A stretch of 64,000 nucleotides of DNA from Macrostomum lignano (Eukaryota). Below, one piece after another: positions 11,930 through 24,559 of this stretch. The position numbers and the translations under genes were made by a program. The stretch is from assembly GCA_002269645.1 (NCBI GenBank), contig NIVC01000090.1:1-64000 (forward strand), given 5' to 3'. Each line of letters begins with the position of its first letter. The first letter of the stretch is position 1. A model generated the notes under the pieces. That model did not search any database and was not told where the DNA came from. It saw nothing but the letters and a program-made list of their open reading frames with translations.

Positions 11930-12846
11930 GCTCTCTCTTGGGTGATGCCTTGAAATATCTCTTTTTAAAAAGCTGCAGTTGTTGCGCGTCAAATGACGAA
12001 GAGCTGGCGAAATCATCCGGGGAGTGGGGAGTTTTATTTGTCAGGTTTTGTTGCTGGGCAGAGCAGCGTCTCAGTGGCTGCTTCTCACACAGCCAATCGT
12101 TGCGGTAGGGGCCGGATAATTCAATACAGCGATGTCGATTATTAACACGACGTATATTTCTACCGGTAATTGATTTTTGTTTTACTGAGCGAAATATTTT
12201 ACGCAACGCATGCAGTAGATCAGCATCACCATAAAAAACCTTTATGAAGATGATTTACTCTTTCGTTTTGAGTGACTCGATCAGGTGATTGACAATATTT
12301 TATGAGATGGTAAGGTATAGAATACAAGCTATGACTGTTGCTGCAACAAACTTCTCATGAAACTTTTCTCATTTGGAAACTTTGCAGAATTACAAATTTC
12401 AGAGCTAGCCGAGATTCTGAAGTTTTTGATGAAAAAAATACATGTAAAAAAACGTTGAGCTTTCAATGGTTTATTCTCGCACACAGACGAGTGCTCAGAG
12501 TATGGCGAGCCTAATTTCGAGTAACCGCATGAACTAGCCATCGCTGCTTGCTTAAGCAATCTAGAAAGAGAGGGTGACGAACTGGCAGCATCAGTCGCTG
12601 ACTCCCAATGGACCAGAAGTTAGAGAATTTAATGTCAGTACATCTGGACTCCTTGTCTACACTGTGGAGGAGTTGGAAGAACTGGCTAAGCAAGTAGAGC
12701 TAGAGAACCAGTGTGATTCTGCTATCGCTATAAGGAAAATACAATTCAATCAGCCAGCCCCCACATTTCTTACTCACTGAAGCCGAGTTTCCAGTCCCTT
12801 CTTTTCTATTCTATGGTAAATTTATATCGCAAAAGTCCCTGGCTAC

Positions 12847-12954
12847 ACTCAAGACAACAGCTGCCCCTAGTCTATGGCCCAAAAGTGTGAAAGCCTTTGC
12901 TCACTAGTCACACTTTTGGGCCATAGACTATTGGGGGCAGCTGTTGTCTTGAGT
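12847..12954. other. Near-perfect long hairpin (44/47-nt arms, 17-nt loop)
   Basis: ACTCAAGACAACAGCTGCCCC-TAGTCTATGGCCCAAAAGTGTGA pairs with 12908-12954 with one 3-nt bulge. Confidence 0.9.
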
Positions 12955-13914
12955 ATACATAGCTTTCTGCCACTGTGGATTAAGTTAACTGCTCTTAACT
13001 TCAAACTGACTGCATCAAGGTTTTTCCTTAACAACTACAAACAAACCGTATGTTTCTTTCCATGTAGCAACTAAACATCAATCACAATATTTTACTTAGC
13101 AATTAGCATCAATCGCACGTTCTCTTATACATGTAGCAAACAGGATCAGCCCACAATACGTTCCTAAACAAGTTATAGTTATAGTATGTTCCCTTAACAA
13201 CTAACGCTTTACCCCGAAAGCCGACATAAATCCCAACTTTACAACCTCAGTAAAACGCCACCCATTAAAATTGTGAAAAATCATGGAAAAATGACCCGAA
13301 ACGCGAGATCATAATGGCTCAATCGAATCAAATAACTAATTGCTTTGGCCTCGTCCGATCGATTAGACGTTCTATCATCGATCGAATCGAATTCCGTAAC
13401 TCCCTGTTTGAATAAAGAGCCGGGCTGTTTAGTCACCAGGTCGAGTGCAAATGCGCTGTTGCTGCTGCTGCTGATGCTGCATTAGGCAGCTGGGCTCCGC
13501 CCCGTAACTAAACACCAATACGAGCGCATAGAGTCAATAGCTAATGCAATTCGTCTCATGTGGGAGCTGCGTGGAGCTCAGGGCATCATCGCTGGCTTGC
13601 GGATGCCTTGGCCTGAATCCCGGATGCTTAACTGCGGAAGTGCAGTAGCGGGAGGTCCTCTAGACAAATACGACTTGTCTATCAACTCAGACTGACGCTC
13701 TCAATTCAAATAGCTAGAAAAATGACAATTTACCACGACTCCACAATGCATGGCCTGTCTGCCTGTTTTGGGCAGCCAAACGCACCGAACAGTCCTAAAA
13801 TGAAAACCCGGAAAAAAGTAAATTTAATCTGTAAATTTTCTTAGAACGTCTACATTGCTATGTACGCTCGAATGCAAGCAGATTAAGGGGTAAAACTGTA
13901 AAAACCTTTGTTTT

Positions 13915-14590
13915 CCAGTGTCTGTCAGTGTCTGTCAGTGTCTGTCAGTGTCTGTCAGTGTCTGTCAGTATCTGTCAGTATCTGTCATTGTCTGACATTA
14001 TCTGACATTATCTGTCAGTGTCTGTCAGTGTGTGTCAGTGTGTGTCAGTGTCTGTCAGTGTCTGTCAGTTTCTGTCAGTGTCTTTCAGCATCTATCAGTG
14101 TCTGTCAGTGTCTGTCAGTGTCTGTCAGTGTCTGTCAGTGTCTGACATTATCTGTCAGTGTCTGCCAATGACTGTCAGTGCCTGTCAGTGTCTGTCAGTG
14201 TCTGTCAGTGTCTGTCAGTATCTGTCAGTGTCTGTCAGTGTCTGTCAGTGTCTGTCAGTGTCTGTCATTGTCTGACATTATCTGAAATTATCTGTCAGTG
14301 TCTGTCAGTGTCTGTCAGTGTCTGTCATTGTCTGACATTATCTGACATTATCTGTCAGTGTCTGTCAGTGTCTGTCAGTGTCTGTCAGTGTCTGTCAGTG
14401 TCTGTCAGCGTCTATCAGTGTCTGTCAGTGTCTGTCAGTGTCTGTCAGTGTCTGTCAGTGTCTGTCTGTCAGTATCTGTCAGTGTCTGTCAGTGTCTATC
14501 AGTGTCTGTCAGTGTCTGTCAGTATCTGTCATTGTCTGACATTATCTGTCAGTGTCTGTCAGTGTCTGTCAGTGTCTGTCAGTGTGTCCT
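13915..14590. repeat. 10-bp tandem repeat (TCTGTCAGTG)
   Basis: Read directly. The [10 protein letters not shown] ORFs are artefacts. Confidence 0.95.
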
Positions 14591-14849
14591 TCAGTCTCTC
14601 TGTCTCTTTTGTACATACCGTAATAAAAAGAGATTACTCAAAATTCTGCCGTTACTACTTGATATTAGTAGAAATTTATTAGCATCATTTTCGAACTTAT
14701 GAAACATGAGCTTGCATGAGCTACGGGTCGCTTTTAATTCTTTTTTTATTTTCCAACAGCCAACAAAAATCACTGCCCAGTGAAAATTCCCAAGTTCTAT
14801 TATCAATATTCCGCAATTCAAATAGCATTTCAATTGTCCACACACAGCT

Positions 14850-16070
14850 TCATAGCTCCATCTTGAGTTTGAACTCGTCAACTTTAATCTCGCCATCGTC
14901 TGGGCAGTCCTTGAAGTACATGTCGAACACCTCTTCGGCGCTTTCCTCGCTGAATACTCTGCAGCATGCAGTTCAATGATGAATATTATACTAAAATAAT
15001 ACTTAATTAGCTAATCTGGTCATTTTTGTAAATATATTAGCAATAAGTCTTACTTTTTCAGAGTTGTTACTTTCACAACACCTTTACCCTCGGGGTCGGC
15101 CTTTGTAAAGAATGCCAGATAGTCCCTGAAATTTAACGGTAAAATACAGCATCATTTACGCTACAGTGTCTGTAAAACAATATTTGACAGTAAAAATTCA
15201 GCATTTATTAACAGAACATACAGTAAGATTTTATAGTTTACAGCACATAGAGCATCACTTACAGCAACACGCGCTGTAAAGGATTATTCTTGAAGAGTAA
15301 GGATTTTTCATCTAATTAAACTGTCTATTCACCAATTAGCCATAATAGTTCTCTTCTGTTTACTAAATATATTTCTTCCGAAATCAATTCAGGCCTTCAA
15401 ATAAAATACAATTGACTTACTCTTGTGGCATATATGAATATCTCTCTAACCGTACCTTCGCGGACTGATTCCCAGAACTTGGCGAAACTCAGCGAGAGAA
15501 ACAGTGCCGTTCTTGTCCAAATCAAACGTCTTCTGCCATCGTTCGACAAATTCTTGAGGCAAGTTGTGCTGCTTCACGTAGCTGACACAAATGGTTTATT
15601 ATGCACTTAATATAATTGTAGTGGAATAAACAGTGCGCTAGTTTACAAAGCTTACTGACTTTTTACCTTAAGTACAAGGTAAACTCTAATGTAGCTCGTA
15701 GACTATAGCTCCATAGCCTGACTCCACCCTTAGAGTACATGTACACACGTACACACTCTATGGCTCAGATCCTTCATGCACATATTCTATGGTCCAAACC
15801 CTTCATACAGACACAAACACACACTCTATGGCTCAAACCCTGGATGTACACAATCTACATGGTATAGCTAAACCCTTGATGTATATATGTACGCACTCTA
15901 TGTCTAAACCCCCTCCATATACACACTTTATGGCTCAAACAGTTGGTGTACACACATCATTTTTTACGATTAACAATAGATTCTTTCTCAACTTACTCGT
16001 TCAATTCTTGGATGTCAATTTCTCCTGACGAGTCTTTGTCCAAAGCTTTGAAGATGGCTTCAAATTCCAT
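14850..16070 (-). CDS. EF-hand calcium-binding protein, 126 aa, with a flatworm TAL-like N-terminal EF pair (exons 16070-15997, 15581-15456, 15125-15054, 14958-14850)
   Basis: Spliced product MEFEAIFKALDKDSSGEIDIQELNDYVKQHNLPQEFVERWQKTFDLDKNGTVSLAEFRQVLGISPRRDYLAFFTKADPEGKGVVKVTTLKKVFSEESAEEVFDMYFKDCPDDGEIKVDEFKLKMEL*. All introns are GT-AG and phases are consistent (381 nt). Confidence 0.9.
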
Positions 16071-16869
16071 TTGCGGTATTGTTAATATCTGTTTGGAAAA
16101 CTTGGAGAACTATCTATTAAGGTTAAAGACAACTTGAGCAGAGGGTGATAAACTCTTGCAGCTGCAGTCCAGATACCTCGGCGCTCGAATATTTATACAA
16201 CTTTATTCGAGTCGATGAAAAAACAATAATTCTAACTATACAATTTCCTGTGCAAATTATTTGTCAAGACAATATGCAAGAGAATATGAAGCGCGTCTGT
16301 TTGCTCTAGGGCGGTTTGCAGTCGCCTTTCATCAAAAGAATTTCTCAGGCTAGCGCTCTGATTCCCGCACAATGGCAGGCGTCAATACAGTTTGAGAACT
16401 TGGACCACAAGCACGTCTTCCAGCCCATCTAAGAGTAAAAATAGATGGCATATGTTATTCACGTTATTCACAAGGACAGTTAAGACAAAAATCTGGATTT
16501 CATCGAAGCTTCACCGACCAGCTTCGTAGCTTGATTCGATTGCTCCAATCAAGGCACAGAGCTAGAGTGTACATGTCTGATAATTAGAAATTCAGGGCTG
16601 CAGTGCACTGTGTGAGCTCCTCGAGGATGATCGCATTGGGGCGGTTTAATTAACTTCTACCCAGTATCTACCCGTATCTGTCTGACTCTCCTTGGCTATT
16701 CGCATCGAAGCTGTAGTTTGAACAAAGTGTGCAAAAATGGCCTGCATTTGTGGGGTCGCAGATATTTTCTTAGCAAACAACATACCTGATGGAGCGAATA
16801 TTTCCTGTGAGTTATATATTATCAATCTGCTCAGGCGACATAGATTGAATGGATTGAAGCTTGCGTCCA

Positions 16870-16995
16870 GTTTTCATTGTTTTTTCAAGCATTTTTTATT
16901 ATCAAAATATAGTTGGCCAGGTGATAGACGCTGGTCGAAAGACACTGCTCACTGGGGCAAAGGATGGCCACTTTTCAATGTTGCTGAGTATGTAA
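16870..16995 (+). repeat. Dispersed repeat; inverted copy at ~36700-36835
   Basis: TAGACGCTGGTCGAAAGACACTGCTCACTGG is shared exactly, and the flanks are similar. Confidence 0.8.
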
Positions 16996-17962
16996 GAAAT
17001 GCTTGTCGAGATAGTTGAGATGGTTTATGATAAAAAATCCGAAATTTTATAATTCATTTATTGCAAAAAAGAAGAAAAATCTCTAATAGATTTTGAAACA
17101 AGATAAGCGCCTTCCAGACTTGACGTGACAATTGAACGAATCGTAATTAAACAGTCACATTGCCCATTATATATTTAAAGGCCAACTGTTGAGCTATAAT
17201 ATTCAATAAGCAAAGAAATCCAAAACTGATTCTTAAACAGTATTAAATTATTTGAGATTTTGAAATAGAACTGCGAAAACAGCTGTGAATAAAAAACCAC
17301 AAAATGAATACGTTTTTTTCATTTTATAAAAAAAGAAAACAAAACGCAAAAATGCTACTGAAATAAATTATCAATCATGAGACACACGCACTTTCATAGC
17401 ACTAGTTATGCATGCATTAAAACATGAAAATGTTTTACTAAGCATCTAGTTAATACATTTGGATGATTTGCTATCGTTTTCAACCGGTGTGCCCCTCCAC
17501 ACTGAGAATTCGAAAACAAAAACGTGCCAACCTATCAAAAGTAAGGAGAGTTCCGCTGTAACAAACATCTTCGCATATCCATATCCATAACAAATTATTA
17601 TTTTCATCGTAGCTTCCCGCAACATTAATTAATATTAAATCCCATATCAACAGCTCCTAAATCATCCTAACTTAAGCCCCTGCCAGCCCGTTGCTTGAGT
17701 CCCCGATCCCAAGGACTTAAGAGTTCCCTTCACAAAAGCTTCGAACCTGGCAACATTCACTCATTCATTTCCACTGTTACCCACGAAATCAATGGCTTTA
17801 AAGATATTTTTCTGTCCATAACCATAAGAGCCATATCCATAGCTACAGCGGAACTCTACTGTAAAACTACAACAAGGTGCCAATCCAGGGAAAAGAAACA
17901 AGCAAAAATTTCACAAAAAGTCTCACAGAATCTTGCCAGAACTGTTTACCTGAAGATCTGCA

Positions 17963-20698
17963 CTACTGCAAAGGACTAAATGGAGTAGCTTTGAGCACCC
18001 GACAGCTCATGGTGTCCACCAGAGCGACAGTCTTGCGGACAGTGTCGGCCCAGGCCGGATGGTGCCAGGCCAAGTCGCGCACCTCGTCACGATGCGCCAG
18101 ATCGTTATAGCACCACAGATGATGCACCTGGTGCTGCTCGCCAATATGGGAGAATAATCCGCATACGGCTTCGTTTTCCTCGCCGCGAATTCGCATGCCA
18201 TTGGCCCAGTAGTTGCCCCACTCCAATAGGTTGCCTGCGGCGGGTTAGGCAGGTTTATAAGATGTCCGACAGCAAAGGTGTGCGGCCCTCTACAAACAAT
18301 GAAGCTAAATAAAAAAATTGGCCCTCCATTAATAATGATGACAGGAGCTCCATTTTTAGATAACGTCTTGGACAAGCATTTGCATACCTCAGCTATGAGA
18401 CAGGGGCGCCTAACCTCACACACGGGGTCACCCAACCTCAAACACAGGGTCACCTAACCTCAAACACAGGGTCACCAAACCTCAAACACAGGGTCACCCA
18501 ACCTCAGACACAGGGTCACCCAACCTCAGACCCAGGGTGACCTAACCTCAAACAGGGTGACCTAACCTCAGACCCTGGGTCACCCAACCTCAGACCCAGG
18601 GTCACCCAACCTCAAACACAGGGTCACCCAACCTCAGACCCAGGGTCACCTAACCTCAGACCCAGGGTGATCTAACCTCAAACAGGGTGACCTAATCTCA
18701 GACCCAGGGTCACCCAACCTCAAACACAGGGTCACCCAACCTCAGAACCAGGGTCACCCAACCTCAGACCCAGGGTGATCTAACCTCAAACAGGGTGACC
18801 TAATCTCAGACCCAGGGTCACCCAACCTCAAACACAGGGTGACCTAACCTCAAACAGGGTGACCTAACCTCAGACCCTGGGTCACCCAACCTCAGACCCA
18901 GGGTCACCCAACCTCAAACACAGGGTCACCCAACCTCAGAACCAGGGTCACCCAACCTCAGACACAGGGTTACCCAACCTCAGACACAGGGTTACCCAAC
19001 CTCAGACACAGGGTTACCCAACCTCAGACACAGGGGCCCACATCTAAGACACGGGGATGCCCAATCTCAGTAGAGCTCACCAAGACACCAAGTTTAAAAA
19101 AAGTTTTTTTTCATGTCAATGTTCGAATGATGCTACTTTTAGCAGTAGAAGGTAACGCGCTTTAAATAATATTGGTATAATAAATAAGCGCTACAGAGAG
19201 ATACTCACCCGGTCTCAAATTGTAGCTCCTCATTTCGTAGATGTGCTCGCCAGTTCTAGGGGCCAATTCTGGCCAAAAGGTGAACCTCAAGCATAGCTGA
19301 TTGCGTCTCGAGCGCAGCATCTCGTTCCGCTTCTGTCTGTAGCTAAGCAGTTCAGCGTCAGACCTGTACAGGTGATAGTGCTTCTGATAGGCTTGATAAC
19401 CGCCTCGGAAACGCCAAATATGAATGGCCTCGTCTTGTTGACCAATTTCGCAGGTGAACGAGCCGAATAACTCAGCGCCCGAGTTTTTGTCATTGAATAG
19501 CTCGACAAACCTTTTGCTGAGTAAAGATGTTGAATGAAAAATTTGACAAGTAGATAAAAAAGGACACAATGAGAAGTGTCACTAATTTACTGTTACATTA
19601 AACTCACAATCAAAATAATTAATTTTTTAAAATATTAAACAGACAATCAGAACTGACTATAAGTATTGTTATATAAAACTTCAAATGAAAATGAGTATTA
19701 TTACTAAATATTCAATCTAAGCTATTTGAAATAAATTACATATTATAAAAATTTAAATAACTTACGTTTCACCCAAATAGTTTGGCATAAAATGTGGCCT
19801 GACAAGATGAACTAAAAATAAAATTCGTATATTATAAAAAATAAGGTGATTACACTATTTTTATAAGAATGAAAATGTATCCAAAAACTTACTTTGGACT
19901 TCAAAGATGTCTTGTCCATCAGACATGCGATTGCTTTGGGCTCCAATGCCACCTTGATTGTCGCTGCCACTGAAACTGCCACCAAGGCCTTTGAGCAAAC
20001 TGTTGAAACTGGGACTTGTATGAAGCTGCTTATTATTAGCCCTGGTTAATTAAAAAAATTAAACAAAGGAAGCAATCAATGTATGCAACAATATAATGAA
20101 ACTTTACTTTTAGAATATAAGTGGATGGAAGAAAACCTAAAATAGATATCAGCATATAGAGTATATATTTATAAGCATCCAAAAATCATTATTTAAGTAT
20201 AGATGATAGGGCATAGGCTATATTTAAAGCTAGCAATCCACTATGCTATCTTATTTATGAGCAAAACAAAAATTAAAAGCTAAGTAACTAAACTACTTTT
20301 TAATGTTTTTATTACCAATTTTCGCATAAATATAGGGTGACACAATATTTTAGCAAAAATATTGCTAAAAAATAAAATGCCTATGAAGATATAAAATATC
20401 AAATTTATTACTTGTCACATGCTGACGTGCAGGGTTATAAGTCAATCAAAAATTGGATACTTTTTTAATCATTTTATTGCAATATTGTAAATGATTCTTG
20501 ATTAAATATAAAAATTTATTCACCTAAAAGTTTTTTTATGATTAAGGAATAAAAGTCTACACTTGATAAAGCCCTTGACTTAAAGTGTAAGTGTGATTAC
20601 TTCATTACTTCTAATACATTTAACGGACTTCATTTAACTTACATATTTAATGACATAGGCAAAATCTTAAAGACGTTTGTTCGAAAAATTCTGTTCAT
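17963..20698 (-). CDS. NIPSNAP: NIPSNAP family protein, 276 aa (exons 20698-20643, 20041-19893, 19811-19766, 19516-19209, 18234-17963)
   Basis: Motifs GEIGQQDEAIHIW-like, YEMRSYNLRPG|NLLEWGNYW, QVHHLWCY and C-terminal TPFSPLQ*. Five GT-AG exons with consistent phases (831 nt) and a basic, mitochondrial-presequence-like N-terminus. Confidence 0.93.
18405..19060. repeat. 22-bp intronic minisatellite (CAGGGTCACCCAACCTCAGACA) in NIPSNAP intron 4
   Basis: Tandem units read directly. Confidence 0.95.
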
Positions 20699-21573
20699 TT
20701 TGATTTTTTTCTGCTTAAGAACAATGAAGCAAGACTAAGAGTCTAAGTCTGATAAGTGATATAATCACTGAATTAATTTTTAGTATAATTTAAACTCGAA
20801 AACTATACAAATTAAAATATCGTGGATATAGATATTATTTAAAACAAACAAAACCAGAAATTATTATTTCTAGTAGAATGTTACTGATTTTGTACGCACG
20901 TAAATTAATTTATTAGTTTTTTACATAAACATTATTTTTATGTATTATATTACTTTCATATCTTAGGACAACAGTTCAAAATTGAAATCGATGAGCAAAT
21001 CAGACTTATATCAATTTCAGTGAAAATTTGGGCTATTTTATTTTGCATTCCACGCTTCAGTCTTTTTAAAATTTAATCAAATTTAAAAAATCACAGTTTA
21101 ATTGTTTTGCTGAAGTTTGCTGGAATGTAAAAAACATATTTCAGTGTCAGCGTGTGTTTTCACTTGAAGTTCCTTAATATTTTTTGTATTAGCGTGACCC
21201 ACAAAAAAGATATTTTAATTTTTTAAACATTCCTAAAAAAATCTATGCGTAACTGCTGCATAGTGCTAAATTATATTTGTATTTTGGTATATACGCGCAC
21301 GCAGCACTATACTGCTGCTTAGTGCTAAAGGTTATAGATTTATACAAAAAGAAATATAAATTATCAATCAATAATCCTTACTCGATTAGGTTTTTGATAC
21401 ACACAAAATGAGACGTCAAATACCAGAGCGAGAGCGAGTTTATGTAGGTGCTAATATACTTTGCAGTTATATTGAGATATATTATGAAAGATTATTGAAA
21501 TAATATTTGGCTATGAATTATGGAATAATAATGTCATGAATGCATCCATTTTTATAAAAATGATTTGTGTTTA

Positions 21574-21586
21574 GTATGATGGCAAC
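21574..21586 (+). promoter_or_regulatory. Possible RFX X-box upstream of the ciliary gene CCDC42
   Basis: GTATGATGGCAAC has a perfect ATGGCAAC 3' half, ~130 nt before the ATG. The 5' half is weak. Confidence 0.35.
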
Positions 21587-21714
21587 TGAGACTGAGTAAC
21601 AAAGCTTGGATTTCTGAATTTAAATGATTTTAAAGAAAGTAATTCTGGGTGAAATTGTTTGCACTAGCTAACAACTAGGTTGAAATTCTCGTTTCAGCAA
21701 ATTGTTTACTAAGC

Positions 21715-24468
21715 ATGGCGGGCAATATGCAGGATTATTTTAAGTCCAGATTCGAAGACAATTTGCTTGTGTGAGTAAATTCTTTTTTTTAAACGTGAAA
21801 AGTTGTTAATAATATTAGATCAAAGTACAAACAGCAATTCTCTCCTATTGACAGGAAAATGCCGGAACGGGAAGATGATCATTTGACTTCGGCCACCAGG
21901 TTGCTTGAGAAGAAACGCGAAATGATGGAAGTAGAAACTGCTCTAAGTGTAAGTGAAAAAACTGTTGAGCTTTTCCAATCTACTACTTCCAGTAGAGATT
22001 GTAGGAACTTTTCTGTTTTCATTCCAAGGGTATCCACATATCCACGACCCTGAATTTTTTGAGGAACCCTCTGGATTCGCCAATGCATGGGTTTTAGATT
22101 CCTTCTACAGAATCGTAGCCTACTCCGTGTAACTAATTAAACATGGGTTGGAAAGGCATCATATAATCCTTTCATAAGGCACCTGTTTCTAGGTGCAGTA
22201 CTCCACGGCGTCATATATTCTTCTCCAGATTCTAGGTCTAATAATCCACAGTGTCGTTTATTAGATTCCTCTCCAGATTCTAGGTTTAGTACTCCACAGC
22301 GCCATAGACTCCTCTCCAGATTCTAGGTTTAGTACTCCACAACGCCATAGACTCCTCTCTAGATTCTAGGTTTAGTACTCCACAACGCCATAGACTCCTC
22401 TCCAGATTCTAGGTTTAGTACTCCACAGCGCCATAGACTCCTCTCCAGATTCTAGGTTTAGTACTCTACAGGGCCATAGACTCCTCTCCAGATTCTAGGT
22501 TTAGTACTCCACAGCGCCATAGACTCCTCTCCAGATTCTAGGTTTAGTACTCCACAACGCCATAGATTGCTCTCCAGATTCTAGGTTTAGTACTCCACAA
22601 CGCCATAGACTGCTCTCCAGATTCTAGGTGCAGTACTTCATTGTAGAAGATAAATTTTCGCATTCAAAAAACACCAACCCGAACTTATTTCCTAAATTTA
22701 AAAACGCAATCGCCCAGGCCCAAAAAGAAGAATTCCAAATGAAGATGGAATCGCTGCAGCAACGCCGGGAAGAGCTTGAAAAGAAGGAGCAGCAACTGAA
22801 AGAGAGCCTATTGAAATTTGATCGCTTTCTAAAAGAAACGGACGCTAAACGAGTTCGAGCGGTTAAGAAGGCCACGGAGGAGCGATCTTATCGTCGTCAG
22901 AAAGAGCAGGAGATTGTACAGATTCGAGAGGACATGTCGGTCTACTCTGAACTGCTAGACCGGCTCAACAAGCTGGCTGATAAATACTTGGCTTTTCAGC
23001 GCTACCTGGAGAGAGTTGTTGAAGTGTCAGATGAGTTCACGGAGATTCGCGAAGTTGTTGACAGATTTGAGACGCTTAGCTCTACGTATCAGGTTGGTGG
23101 GGAGGATGCTGGTTGATGCAGATAGGGGTTGCTACATCTAGGATGCTCAAAAGATGATGAGGTAGACAAGGTGTAGATTGGAGTAGACCAGGTAGAATGA
23201 GATAGATGATGAGTACGATGAAGTATGGAAAAATTATGATAATGTATAGGCAAAGCGATATGAAGTAGACAAGATTTAGGTTAAAGCAATAGGCGACAGA
23301 GTAGTCTGAGAGCGAGAATGTGGTGAGGTAGACAGGGTAACATAGTAGGTTGGTGTAGAGGAGGTGTTGCATTTGGAATTACTGTAGATAGATGATTGAA
23401 ATGAGGTAGCTTGTTTAGTTTAGAATGTAGTAGATAATTGAGAATGAAGTAGACAATTAATAATAAGGTAGACAATTGAGAATGAGGTAGACAATTGAGA
23501 ATTAGGTAGACATTTGAGACTGAGGTCGACAATTCACAATAAGGTAGGCAATTGAGAATGAGGTAGACAGTTCACAATAAGGTAGACAATTGAGAATGTG
23601 GTAGACAGTTCACAATGAGGTAGACAATTGAGAATGAGGTAGACAATTGAGAAAGAGGTAGACAATTAATAATGAGGTAGACAATTGAGAATGAAGTAGA
23701 CAATTGAGAATGAGGTAGACAGTTCACAATGAGGTAGACAATTGAGAATGAGGTAGACAATTGAGAAAGAGGTAGACAATTGAGAAAGAGGTAGACAATT
23801 AATAATGAGGTAGACAATTGAGAATGAAGTAGACAATTGAGAATGAGGTAGACAATTCAAAATGAGGTAGACAGTTGGTAGACAGATACTAAGTTTGGAA
23901 TGAGGCAGACAATTTGGGAATTACAAATCTGTGCTCAAACCCCAAACCGATGAAGGACCTGAAGCGCCGAGAGCAGCTCACCCAGGAGAGCATCGAAGTC
24001 TGCCGGACCCAACAGCAGGCCTACAAGGAGGCCAAAGCCAACGAAGTGCTCAGCCAGAACAACGCACTCAGCGGCCTCCAAGAACGCCTGGAAGCTGCCA
24101 CCAGCGCCGCTATGAAACGCGAAGCCGAATGGACTTTAATAAAAAATTCTGTCGCCGATCGAACGATGCAGATTGGCACAGTTCGGGTGGCATCTTACAA
24201 TCTGTGCCAGCTGGTTAATAAATATCAAGGTGGATTGCACCAGCGGCATCAGCAGATGCAGGAGCTTGATGATCTGGCAACTAAAGCTACAGGCGGCGAT
24301 ATTGGTCAGGTGACTTCGGATCAGTTGACTCGGGTGCAGCAGTTCGTCATGGATCTGACTGCCGTCACCGAGCGAGTTGTTGCCAACAAACGGTCGGCCA
24401 CTTCTGCCGCCGCTGCTGCCGCCACCGCCACCGCAGCAGCGGAGACTGAGCGAACCATGGAGCTGTGA
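21715..24468 (+). CDS. CCDC42: CCDC42/CFAP73 (DUF4200) ciliary coiled-coil protein (exons 21715-21770, 21855-21948, 22718-23092, ~23956-24468)
   Basis: RLLEKKREMMEVE, LKFDRFLKETDAKRVRAVKKA, FQRYLERVVE..EFTEIREVVDRFETL, NEVLSQNN and QFVMDL match the CCDC42/CFAP73 family. Phases are consistent. The last acceptor is uncertain. Confidence 0.9.
22230..22630. repeat. 43-bp intronic tandem repeat (GATTCTAGGTTTAGTACTCCACAGCGCCATAGACTCCTCTCCA)
   Basis: About 9 units at 43-nt spacing with no spacers. Confidence 0.95.
23400..23890. repeat. 19-bp intronic minisatellite (AATTGAGAATGAGGTAGAC)
   Basis: Read directly. Confidence 0.9.
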
Positions 24469-24559
24469 CTGAATGATGTTGCGGTGCAGAATTTCTAATT
24501 TTTTGCTAATTAAAACTGCAGATTTGATTCATATGCTTGCTTGTCAAATTCTACTATTC

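Noticed and set aside
12574-12780. 68-aa plus-strand ORF (...VEELEELAKQVELEN...)
   Set aside because: It has a GTG start, no splice context and no recognisable homology.
13430-13700. GC-rich exon-like patch with (GCT)n
   Set aside because: Only short frames on either strand, with no homology recognised and no consistent splice partner.
17695-17979. 94-aa plus-strand ORF
   Set aside because: Antisense to the NIPSNAP 3' end/UTR, has a non-ATG start and no domain features.
22230-22630. 43-bp (and 30-34-bp) regular repeats as a CRISPR array
   Set aside because: Units are head-to-tail with no unique spacers, there are no cas genes, and the context is a spliced eukaryotic genome.
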